From a candidate division FCPU426 bacterium (GTDB taxonomy: Bacteria > Oederibacteriota > Muellerivitia > Muellerivitales > Muellerivitaceae): a stretch of 38,007 nt of DNA. Shown here in pieces: positions 8,724-17,797 of this stretch. Positions within the stretch are counted from its first letter, which is position 1. Each line of letters starts with the position of its first letter. The translations under genes were made by a program, and so were the position numbers. Under the pieces are notes generated by a model that ran no database searches, was not told the origin of the DNA, and saw only the letters and a list, made by a program, of their open reading frames with translations. Location of the stretch: assembly GCA_963830915.1 (NCBI GenBank), contig CAWHOE010000066.1:1-38007 (forward strand), given 5' to 3'.

Positions 8724-10677
8724 TGATCGACGAGCTTTACCAATACACCATAAGAGCGTTCGGAGCCTACGCTCTTTTTTTTACATATTCGAGGCTGTCA
8801 CCGCTCGTAATTCCTCGATCGGCCTATTGGATACGGCCGCCTGGCCCCTTTGCCTTTACCTGGCTTATCTCCTTAAAAAAAGAGGGAACTTAAACGTATT
8901 CGACCAGGCCCTTTCGGTATTTCCTCTTTTATTCTGGTTCAGGCATTTATCCCACACCCTCTACGGCAACTCCGGGCCAGCGCCCTTTTTGATCTCCCTG
9001 GTACTTAGCGGCTTCATTGGTTTCGTCGCTTTTTGGCGTTTGGATCTCATCAAGAGCGCGGTTGTCGCCGACAAAGCGAAAGAAGATGAATTAGGCCCTT
9101 ATCCGATATTTTTGGATAAGGACAAAAATCATGCAATCACAACAACGTGGTTGACCGAGCACGTGCAAGTCATCGGGAAAAGCGGAAGCGGCAAGACGGC
9201 CAGTTATTTCCTGAATGCGGTCAATCAATCCATCCACCAGGGGCGGGGATCGTTCTACTTCGATTCCAAAAGCTCCGAGCTTTCCAAGATCGCTTTTTAC
9301 TGCAAGGACGCGGGAAGGAACAAGGACCTGAAAGTCCTGGACCTCCGCGGCGTTGACCGGAGCAACACCTACAACCCATTTTATAAATTCACCAAGAACG
9401 CGGACGGGGAGGTCGTCCCGGACAGCGACGCCGTTTCCAATATTGTGGGAGGGTCGCTTTTTTTCGACCATCAGGGAGAACCCTTTTACCGGGACATGGG
9501 GAAGGAGATCCTCCGGAATCTTACGGGTTTATTTCACAAGGAATTTCCCGTCATTACCTACATGGATTACTACACGGCCTTGAATACGGAGATTTCCACC
9601 TTTAAAAGCATCGAGGCCCTTTGCGAGAAGTATCAAGGATCGAACGAAGCGAACTATTTCCAGAACCAATGGCTGACCTTGAGCATCCAGGAGAGAACGA
9701 GGCTTTTGTCCGGGCTGATCGCGCGACTATCAAGATTCGTAACGACCAAATGGGCGCCGCTGGTCAACACCCGGAACCCCCAAATCACCATCGCCAACGT
9801 GTTCGATAAGAACCAGATCTTTTATTTCGGGGCCGCTTCATTGATCAACCCGGATGATTACAAGCCCTTATTGGTAGCCATGTTTTACGACATTATGAAC
9901 GAGACAGGGAAGCGGTATGAGTTCAAGGACAAGGTCATTCCCTTCGACCTATACCTGGATGAATTTTATAACGTGGCCTATGAGGGGTTCATCAATCTCT
10001 TGAACAAGTGCAGGGAAGCGAAAGTACCCATTCATCTTGGCCACCAGAGCTTGGGCGATCTGACTTCCATCAGTAAATCCTTCGCCACCCAGGTCGCGGA
10101 CTCCACGAATTCCAAGATCATTTTCAGGATCAATTCACCCGGGACGGCGGACGAGTTCGCCATGCTGATAGGGACCAAGATGGCCGATCCCAAGTACGTC
10201 CGGTCGTTAAAAACGAACGTCGGGCCCTTGGGGATGAGGCAGGAGGCCGGTGTTACGGAAAAGGAAGAGGAAGAGTTCATTCTGCACCCCAACATTTTCA
10301 AGCGTTTGGATAAAGGGCAGGCCATTGTCTATTTGGCTTATGACAAGGGAGTCACCCAAGACATCATCAAATTCGACAAGGCTCCGGAGCCGCCTTCTTC
10401 TTTCGACCTTTCAGACGTGGTTCCTTTAAAAGAGAACCACAGGAATCATTCGGAAGCCTCACTTCCCTTTGAATATGTACCGGAATATAAGACCCCCAGG
10501 ATGGAGATCCACGAGGTGGAGGCGCAAACACCCATCCAAGAAGGGAAAAAAGAGCTTAAAATGGACGAATTAAAGAAGCTCGAGCGTGATATGAAACTTA
10601 AGGGATTCTCAGGAACAAAAAAGGTGTATACGAAGAAGGAAAGTAATGAAAAAGGAAGTAAAACACAGGCCTCTTAA
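8723..10677 (+). CDS. Type IV coupling protein (TraD/VirD4-like), with an apparent frameshift at T8 (8775-8782)
   Basis: 'EHVQVIGKSGSGKT', 'LYLDEF', 'LGHQSLGDL'. The ATG at 8723 (TAATG-coupled to parB) joins the 8827 ORF if one T is added to the run. Confidence 0.85.
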
Positions 10678-11590
10678 ACGCAAGGACCTGGACAAGCTTA
10701 AGTACATTCACAGCAACCGATTCATCACCCCCCAGCTTTTCCACTCAAAGTTCTATCAAGGCAAATCCCTGGATGCCACCTGGCAATTCCTCCGTCGGTT
10801 GAAGGAAATGGGCTACCTGAAGGAAAAGAAATTCGGATTCCAGGGGCGGTTTGTTCCAGCCGTGGTTTACCTTTCCTACCACGCCATTAATGAGCTTAAG
10901 TCCTTAGGGCAGATAATTGCCGGCAGGGTCGCGGAGGTCAAGATCCCGTCCAGCGAGGTAGACCATCATTTAAGCGTGATCTCCTTACGGATCGCCCTGG
11001 AGAAGGACCCCTTTTTCAAATCCCTTTTTTGGGTTTCGGACTATGAATTGAACAGCGGCATCGACCCGCTTTTAAAATGGAAACATGAGGCCCTAACAGA
11101 CGCGGAAAAGATAATAAGGAGAGGGGAATTCAAGCCTAACGGAGTCAACCGTCCACCGAGGATAGTGGATGGATATTTTCGGGCCGAGATCCTAAATGGG
11201 ACGGATGAAAAGCCTTCGGTAGAGGGTTTTGTATTGGAGTTTGAAAACTCCCCATACTCCTATAGAAGGATCATTGAGATAGTTGTCAAGATTGATACCT
11301 TATACCCGAAGTCAAAAAAACTGATCGTTTCAGCGTCCCCTGAAAACTCCAAAAGAATAAATAGGATCATTTGGCGTTTTATGCATTTAAACGTCGAATA
11401 CAGGGCCGATAAAAGAACCAAGAAGCTAAAGCCCCACAAGGTAGTGCCGTTCAAGGAAAGGGGTGGAAACCCCAGCCTTTGGAATTTCGCGGACTACAAA
11501 AGCGTGATAAATAAGACTTTTTCGACCTCCTACCGCAAATTAAGAGCTCCCGATGAGCCAAATAAACCCAATAAAGACGAAGTAAATTAG
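10646..11590 (+). CDS. Replication-relaxation (Replic_Relax, MOBC-like) relaxase
   Basis: N-terminal wHTH, 'VDHHLSV' and nuclease-like 'IVDGYF...LEFE' motif; overlaps the coupling protein gene. Confidence 0.75.
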   Translation: MKKEVKHRPLKRKDLDKLKYIHSNRFITPQLFHSKFYQGKSLDATWQFLRRLKEMGYLKEKKFGFQGRFVPAVVYLSYHAINELKSLGQIIAGRVAEVKIPSSEVDHHLSVISLRIALEKDPFFKSLFWVSDYELNSGIDPLLKWKHEALTDAEKIIRRGEFKPNGVNRPPRIVDGYFRAEILNGTDEKPSVEGFVLEFENSPYSYRRIIEIVVKIDTLYPKSKKLIVSASPENSKRINRIIWRFMHLNVEYRADKRTKKLKPHKVVPFKERGGNPSLWNFADYKSVINKTFSTSYRKLRAPDEPNKPNKDEVN

Positions 11591-11592
11591 CC

Positions 11593-12348
11593 TTTGTACC
11601 ATGGTACAAATATCAACCCCGGTTGATATTTTGGGGCCATGGAAACGTTGATATACATAACTATTCCAAGGAGTTACCCTCCCGACCCCTCTCTCTACGC
11701 ATCAACTGATAGATATCGAGAGAGGGGTCGGGAGGGTAACAAGTAATAGTTATGTATGAGTAATGTAGTAATAAGTAATAAAGAAGAATAAAAGGCAGAA
11801 GAAAAATTGACCAGCCAAGGTGCGCGCGTGTGTTTAAGGTTGAGGGTTTATTTCGCGCTTTGGGTGTTAGGTGGTATTGGGTGGGCCTTGGCTGGTCAAT
11901 TTTTCTTCCAAGGCACCGGGCCGCGCTCTTTGCTGGCCCGGCCAAAAGTATTAATACCCGGATCTTTTCACGCTGGGGCGTGAAAAGTGTCCTCGCTTCG
12001 TTCGGCCTTGGGAAACCCCGAAAGATAACCCAAGGGGTTTCTTTCGGGGTTTTGGTTAGTAAAGGCGACGTAAACGGCGGCCACCGAAAAGTTTACGCCT
12101 TAAACATTTCATTTGAATTCAGCATTTTCCTCATCGGTATAATCAGGGTTATACCGAAAGAACTTAACAAATTTAGCTCCTAAGATTGTACCGACGTACA
12201 ATTTCCACCAAATGTTCACCCGTCTGAGTGGTTTCGCTTCTATATATGTTGCCTCGGCTTCCCCGCCTCTGTTTTTCTTAACCTTTCCGGGCCGCAATGG
12301 AATAGGCCCGTAATTAAGCCTTTCCTTAATTTTGTACCATGGTACAAA
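11593..12348. promoter_or_regulatory. Repeated 18-bp palindrome TTTGTACCATGGTACAAA (candidate parS or regulator site)
   Basis: Perfect copies at 11593-11610 and 12331-12348; degenerate ATTGTACcgacGTACAAT at 12185-12202. Confidence 0.55.
11653..11908. repeat. Two long perfect inverted repeats (candidate oriT region)
   Basis: 23-bp IR 11673-11695/11718-11740 inside a 13-bp IR 11653-11665/11745-11757; a second 23-bp IR 11798-11820/11886-11908. Confidence 0.6.
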
Positions 12349-12604
12349 TTTCAGTCTCCATGAAATGCCTGAAGGGAACGACGCATTCTTTTTTGGGGGG
12401 GAACGGGGCAGGGCACTTCCCTGCCCGTGGCCGGTTCCCCTCTGGGACCGGCACAACCAAGGCTTGCAACTCGACTTGAAGTCTCGTTGCAGGTGGGCCT
12501 TCCCCCTGGCCTCGGCTTCCCTTTCCCTTGGCGGGAAAGGGTGATCCTCGGCACACCCCTTTCCTGATGCCGGTTCCCCAATGGAACCGGCACAATCACG
12601 GCCA

Positions 12605-12695
12605 GCGTTTCGGCTTGTACCAACTCTTTTTGAGTTGGCATTATCAATCGTTGCCGTTCGCCTTGTGGGAGAAGGCAGATAATAGGCCTCAACGC
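12605..12695 (+). repeat. Structured motif B, copy 1 (three-way junction)
   Basis: Outer stem enclosing CCAACTC-N5-GAGTTGG and ATTATC..TTGTG..GATAAT hairpins. Confidence 0.8.
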
Positions 12696-13191
12696 AGATG
12701 CCCCTGCCCAAACGGGGGAATGACCCTTTTGGATTTCCCCTTTTGCTTGAGGTTACTACTTCCCTTTTCCTTTGTTTACTTCCCTTTCGCAATCCTTTGG
12801 GGACCCCGCCAAGCAAAAAAGACGGCCATCCTTTCCCAAGCGTTTATGCCCTATGGGATATGGTATTTGGGAGGCTTCCGGCTTTTTAGATTGGCCACTC
12901 CCACAAAGGGGCTTCCCCGCCCTGGCCACAACAACGCGGCCCTGGCAGGAAAGCCATTTCTGAAAGGGGCCGTCGAGTCCGCAAAGCCGACCCGAAAAAG
13001 CAAAACATTCGGGGTAGTCTCAAAAAATACCCCCTCCATTTCCCTTTTTCGTCCGTGCGGCCCAGGCTTCCTTGGCCGCTGGAAGGCTTGGCCCCGAACA
13101 GGGTCAACCCTTCCCTGCTTTTTGGGTCGCGGGGGGAACGACTGTCTTTTGGGGGTGCCGGTTCCCCTATGGAACCGGCACAACCAGGTCA

Positions 13192-13351
13192 TGCGATTCG
13201 GCTTGTACCAACTCTTTTTGAGTTGGCATTATCAATCGTTGCCGTTCAACGTTGGAGCCTTGCGGGCTCCAACACACTCAGATCGTGTGCCTCGAATGGA
13301 CTTCTCGGCACAGAGGCTTGTGGGTGAAGGCAGATAATAGGCCTCAACGCA
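13192..13351 (+). repeat. Structured motif B, copy 2 (with ~68-nt two-hairpin insert)
   Basis: Near-identical to copy 1 apart from the insert at ~13249-13316. Confidence 0.8.
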
Positions 13352-13920
13352 GGTGCACTTCCCTCCCACCGGGACCAAAAATGACATTTTCGGGACCCAG
13401 CTAAGCTCACTGACTATGTCATTACCCTTTAAACGGATTTGCATTCAAAAAAACTGCGTTTAAATCGAAATTCGCAAATTCCCTTATATTTTGAATTTTC
13501 GACCTCTCCGAGGACAATTTTTGTTTTTTCCGTTTTCGTATTCGATGAAGATCCGACTGCGCTTCCGTCGTCAGCACACAAGCCACGCCAACCAAAGCCG
13601 GGTTGTCATGGCTTGCTGACGGCCGGTTCCTAATTATGAAATCGGAAAGAAAAAATTTCTTTATTACCCTGCCCCAACCATCCCGCTTTGGTAAGCGGTT
13701 GGGGGCAGGGTAATAAAAAACCCCGAAAAAAATGCCGGAGGTAAAAAATGGTCATCATCCATGTGAAGAACCGAAGGACCGGGCAACTAGCCGGGGGGAG
13801 TGGGGAATCGGCTTTCAAGGTTTTGGAGAAAATCCTCAAAGAGAAGGGGTGGGATATCATCGAAGTTCTATTAGTCCTGAAAAGGGTGGTCTAAAGCTCA
13901 CCCCTTACACTGAAAAAAGT

Positions 13921-13962
13921 GTAACTATAGTTGACAATTCAAAGGTTGTAAACTATAGTTTA
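13921..13962 (+). promoter_or_regulatory. TA1 promoter with two palindromic operators
   Basis: TTGACA(13931)-17-TATAGT(13954); AACTATAGTT palindromes overlap both boxes. Confidence 0.8.
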
Positions 13963-13977
13963 TAGAGAAAGGTAGAC

Positions 13978-14316
13978 ATGGAAGCCATACCCAGAACAAT
14001 CGATGTTTACAAAACGGCTGAAGGCAAAAAACCATATTGGGATTGGTTCGATGGTCAGAATTCGGAAGTTCAGGGTCTGGTGGAAGTTCGGATGAAGAGA
14101 GTCGAAAAGGGTCTTTTGGGGGACCACCACTCCGAAGGGGGCGGCGTTTGGGCTTTGATATTTGATGATGGGCCGGGAACCAGGGTTTATTACGGTTTGA
14201 CCGACAGCCAAAAAGTGGTTTTACTTTTGGTGGGGGGAAACAAGAAAAGGCAGAATAGGGACATACAGCAAGCTATAGCATATTGGGAAGATTTTAAGAA
14301 AAATGATAAGGCATAG
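13978..14316 (+). CDS. RelE/ParE-family (HigB-like addiction module killer) toxin
   Basis: 'YKTAEGKKPYWDWF...RMKRVEKGLLGD...GPGTRVYY...LLLVGGNKKRQNRDI'. Confidence 0.9.
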   Translation: MEAIPRTIDVYKTAEGKKPYWDWFDGQNSEVQGLVEVRMKRVEKGLLGDHHSEGGGVWALIFDDGPGTRVYYGLTDSQKVVLLLVGGNKKRQNRDIQQAIAYWEDFKKNDKA

Positions 14317-14344
14317 TAAAAAGGGTACTTTAAGAGGTGCGGAA

Positions 14345-14662
14345 ATGGGAAACAGGTCAGTAAGTTACCACGACGATTTAATTGAAAGACTAAAAACCCC
14401 CGAGCGTCGGATCGGTTATATCAACGCCGCTTTAGCGGACGGTGACCCCAAGATCCTTTTATCAGTCTTGGAGGACTGTGCCGAGGCAATGGGCGGGGTT
14501 GGTTGGCTTGCGAGAGAGACCAAGCTTTCACGCCCGGCCATTTACAAGATCATTTCCAACAAAGGGAACCCCCGCTGGGACAGTCTCACAAAGGTTCTTG
14601 CCGCTTTTGGCCTTCGTATCAATGTATCGGATTCCAAAAAGAAAGAACTGGCCCACGCTTAA
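14345..14662 (+). CDS. Addiction module antidote, HTH antitoxin
   Basis: 'YINAALADGDP...GGVGWLARETKLSRPAIYK...GNPRWDSL'; RBS GAGGTG. Confidence 0.9.
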   Translation: MGNRSVSYHDDLIERLKTPERRIGYINAALADGDPKILLSVLEDCAEAMGGVGWLARETKLSRPAIYKIISNKGNPRWDSLTKVLAAFGLRINVSDSKKKELAHA

Positions 14663-14773
14663 AGGGAGGCTCGTCATGGCGGACTTGGAGAAACGGATAA
14701 AAAGGATAATCAGGCATTGACAATAAATATAGTGTATGGTATTTAATACTATACAAAAGCGTTTAGGATATTC

Positions 14774-15167
14774 ATGGAAGAAATAGACATATCGAAGATC
14801 AAATACCGGCTCATTAAACTTCTCCAATATGAGAGTGACCTTAAAAAATTCTTGAAGTTGGAGCCGCAATTTACACGAGGAAATACGGGGAAGTATCATG
14901 GTGGAAGTTGAATCTGGGAAACTCGATGAGATTAAGAGAACCGGAGGATGGATAAAGGGAAGGGCAAAATCACCAAGCAGGAACATCGGCAAAAGCGGAG
15001 GGTTCAGGTTTACTTACCTTCTTTTCCGTGTTCAACACGACATTTACCTTTTCTCGATTTACGACCATAGGAAAAAGTTGGATTTAGACGCGGATGACAT
15101 CAAAGAGTTAAAAAGAACGGCGGAAAGTATTAAAAAGGCCTACGAGGAAAAAGGGAGAAACGTATGA
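14774..15167 (+). pseudogene. RelE/HigB-2-like toxin interrupted by a +1 frameshift near 14856-14900 (or a sequencing error)
   Basis: The frame from ATG 14774 stops at ~14911. Removing one base gives '...DLKKFLKLEPQLHEEIRGSIMVEV...TGGWIKGR...GKSGGFRFTY', a full-length toxin. Confidence 0.7.
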
Positions 15168-15514
15168 GAAAAACAAAGGAAGAAAAAGAGTTGTTCAGGG
15201 AAAGCCTGAGGGAAGCCGTCAAGTTTGCCCAAGGAAAACCCGCTAAAGTAAAAGTTGAAAGCCTTTTTATCCGTATAACGGGCAAGGATATAAAGGACGC
15301 TAGGAATGTCCTCAAGGTTTCCCAACCTCAATTCGCGCGGATCATGGCGGTCAGCCCGGAAACAGTAAAAAAATGGGAACAGGGGAAGAACCCAATTCCG
15401 GCATCCGTTGGCTATTGGGCAGAGGGCCTAAAAACCCATCCTTCCCAAACTAAACGGCTGTTATATGAAATGTCTGGTAAATTGACAGGGTTGGCCCTTT
15501 CGGCAGGGCATTAA
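15164..15514 (+). CDS. HigA-like XRE HTH antitoxin
   Basis: 'IKDARNVLKVSQPQFARIMAVSPETVKKWEQG'; ATGA overlap with the toxin. Confidence 0.9.
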   Translation: MRKTKEEKELFRESLREAVKFAQGKPAKVKVESLFIRITGKDIKDARNVLKVSQPQFARIMAVSPETVKKWEQGKNPIPASVGYWAEGLKTHPSQTKRLLYEMSGKLTGLALSAGH

Positions 15515-15532
15515 GAAAAAAATCAGCCTATT

Positions 15533-15575
15533 GAGAAAAGCCTCCGCCTTACGGCAGAGGCTTTTTTTATATCAG
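15533..15575. terminator. Intrinsic terminator; 43-bp exact duplicate at 17798-17840
   Basis: aaaagcctc(c)gcc-ttac-ggc(a)gaggc-T7. Confidence 0.8.
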
Positions 15576-15791
15576 TTTTTTTCGCCGTTTTGCAAACAAA
15601 CGCATTGTGCTTCAGGGCAGGTGTTTTCTGCGCTTTTTCTTTCGTAAAATTTTTCTTTCGTCAGGGGACGGCCCGATGGGCCGCCACTTGGGCGGGGGGA
15701 AAGCACCCCGCCCAAGTACACAGCCGGTCCTTGGGCTCCGCCCTGGACAAAGACGGCTGGTGCTATACTCACCCCAAAAGGAAGGTGCACC

Positions 15792-16250
15792 ATGCCCAGC
15801 TTGGAAGACCTGGAAAGACGGATCAAGAGGCTTGAGGACAAACTCGGGATCGTAGACAAGTACCCTTATAAATTCGAGGACCTCATCCAGAACCTGGATA
15901 ATCGCACTCTTGAACATATTTTGCAGGGGATGGACACGAGGGAATTGACCATTCCATTGATCGGCCTAAGTCGGGAACAACTTCTAAATATTAGACCAAC
16001 CTTATCCAAGACACGATGGAACGAGATCAAGAATGAGTTGACCGCTCCATTCACATTAGAAACCACCCTTTCAACGGTTCAATTCTTTCGTGAAAAGTTT
16101 TTAGACAGGGTTCTTAGTTTGGAAAAATTGGGGGAGATCGTCGTAGCCCGTAAGGAAGACGGTCATTTTTCTGCTGTCGTTGTAGACAAAGCGAAAGACC
16201 CCATTGTTGACGTACAGGGCTGGCTCCATTCCACTTTCGAAAAGATATAA
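15792..16250 (+). CDS. Stand-alone FliG C-terminal-domain-like protein
   Basis: 'FEDLIQNLDNRTLEHILQGMDTREL...LSKTR...LSLEKLGEIVVAR' is colinear with the FliG-C pattern 'FEDI..LDDRAIQ.VL..VD..DL...MSKR...LEE.GEIVIAR'. Confidence 0.7.
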   Translation: MPSLEDLERRIKRLEDKLGIVDKYPYKFEDLIQNLDNRTLEHILQGMDTRELTIPLIGLSREQLLNIRPTLSKTRWNEIKNELTAPFTLETTLSTVQFFREKFLDRVLSLEKLGEIVVARKEDGHFSAVVVDKAKDPIVDVQGWLHSTFEKI

Positions 16251-16348
16251 ACCCCCTACGCCCCACCCACCGGCATTTCCCCCAGTGGGGGAGATTCCCC
16301 CAAACCTTCTACATTGACAAGGCCGGCGTTTCATCCAACGTCGCTTAC

Positions 16349-16421
16349 GCGGCGTTGGCGCAGTGGTAGCGCGCTTGGGATTCCCACCCAAGAGGAGCTG
16401 GTTCAACTCCAGTACGCCGCT
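16349..16421 (+). tRNA. Atypical tRNA-Gly-like gene with enlarged anticodon arm, CCA not encoded
   Basis: Acceptor GCGGCGT/ACGCCGC; D-arm GCGC-AGTGGTA-GCGC; anticodon arm CTTGGG-ATTCCCA-CCCAAG; T-arm GCTGG-TTCAACT-CCAGT; discriminator U. Confidence 0.75.
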
Positions 16422-16570
16422 TCTTGTTTTTTGATCTTCGTCGCCTTGTCAATGTCCACCCTTCACTGGTAGAATTTATTTAGAACGGATGAAGAGTGGG
16501 AATCTTCCTCAAGGGATTCGGGATTGAGGATGGGCTAAGGCTTAGTACCGAGGCCTCCGCATCCAGTTTT

Positions 16571-16601
16571 AAAACCCGCCTTATGGCGGGTTTTTTATTT
16601 T
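16571..16601. terminator. Intrinsic terminator
   Basis: aaaacccgcc-ttat-ggcgggtttttt. Confidence 0.75.
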
Positions 16602-16733
16602 GGTAATAAAAAAGCCCAGCGCCGGTTCCTAAAATAGGAACCGGCACTCCCACCCATCGGGCTAAACTCCTACCCATTAGGCTGACGCCTAAGGGCGAAG
16701 AAGTTAATCGAGGGCGATAAATACCATCGAGGC

Positions 16734-16828
16734 TTGCGGCTCAGTTTGCACCAACTCATATTGAGTTGGCATTATCAAACGTCGCCCTCACCTTGTGGGT
16801 GAGTTGCGGATAATAACCTTCGGCGCAA
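16734..16828 (+). repeat. Structured motif B, copy 3
   Basis: Same core as copies 1-2, with compensatory stem changes. Confidence 0.8.
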
Positions 16829-16973
16829 AGGCCTTTCAACCCCGGGCCCTATTGGGCAGCCCCCCGCGCTAGACTTACCATCCGCGCAGATTCCTTATGA
16901 ATCTATGCGGGCAGGAGGCATCACTTGCTTTGTGAGCCAGTGATGGCCCGCATTGGGAAAGGTGCAGCTGGAA

Positions 16974-17008
16974 TTGACGTTCCAATCCCAATGTCGTACA
17001 ATGTACGA
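16974..17008 (+). promoter_or_regulatory. TA3 promoter and operator
   Basis: TTGACG-17-TACAAT; inverted repeat TCGTACAaTGTACGA over the -10 box. Confidence 0.75.
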
Positions 17009-17028
17009 GTCGTCGAAAAGAGGTTTAG

Positions 17029-17385
17029 GTGAAGTTCTTTCATTTTATCCAAGTTTCCATTTATTCAAGAGTAATGGATGGGTTTAAAAAGGAAGACCTT
17101 CAACGGGCGGTTGAGGAAGAAATCATTAAAAATCCGGATGGCGGTGACCCTCTAAAAGGAGGGATCCATAAAATCCGAGTTAAGTCCACCCGGAGACCGG
17201 AAGGCAAAAGCGGCGGTTATCGCGTTTGGTATTTCTTGGACGGGGCTGAGGATGTTTACCTTTTCTACGCGCTTGATAAACACGATGCGGAGAATTTGAC
17301 GGACGCCCAAGGAAAGGTTTTGGTAAAAATGCTGGTTGAAGCCAAAACCGAAATGAAGAAAGGCGGGAAAAAACATGGACGCTAA
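17029..17385 (+). CDS. RelE/HigB-2-like toxin
   Basis: 'NPDGGDPLKGGIHKIRV...GKSGGYRVWYF...DKHDAENLT'. Confidence 0.88.
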   Translation: MKFFHFIQVSIYSRVMDGFKKEDLQRAVEEEIIKNPDGGDPLKGGIHKIRVKSTRRPEGKSGGYRVWYFLDGAEDVYLFYALDKHDAENLTDAQGKVLVKMLVEAKTEMKKGGKKHGR

Positions 17386-17674
17386 AAAATTCGAGGAAAT
17401 GAAGTCCGGTCTTAAACAGGCCATTGATGTTATGAAAGGGAAAAAAGTAGAGGGTGTCCGCCACAGCTACCGGATCAGTCCCGCTTCGGCCAAAGAAGTC
17501 AAAACCCTTCGGGTCTCGCTTCGTATGACCCAGGTGAAATTCGCGTGGGTGGTGGGGGAAAGCCCTAGCGCGGTGGAAAGCTGGGAACAGGGAAAGCGTC
17601 AACCAAGTGGTTCTGCTTCTCAGTTGATCCGTGTTCTTGAGCGCCATCCAAAGTTGGTTAAAGAATTAGTTTAA
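17375..17674 (+). CDS. HigA-like XRE HTH antitoxin
   Basis: 'VKTLRVSLRMTQVKFA...VESWEQGKRQPSG'. Confidence 0.9.
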   Translation: MDAKKFEEMKSGLKQAIDVMKGKKVEGVRHSYRISPASAKEVKTLRVSLRMTQVKFAWVVGESPSAVESWEQGKRQPSGSASQLIRVLERHPKLVKELV

Positions 17675-17797
17675 AGAAAAATTTTCCCTAAAAGAGAAAA
17701 GCCTCCGGACCAGTTCCTTTTTGGAACTGGCACACCCAAACCCCTCACCTCAGTATGAGACTTCGGTGAAGGGGCCTTACTAGAATTGCGCCGAAAG

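Noticed and set aside
12605..12695. Motif B as a hammerhead ribozyme or c-di-GMP riboswitch
   Set aside because: No CUGANGA/GAAA core on either strand and no GEMM-type consensus visible.
11661..13965. ORF-track calls in the hairpin-rich region (e.g. 12109-12816, 12528-13337)
   Set aside because: They overlap on both strands, lack an RBS or recognisable domain, and are explained by GC-rich repeats.
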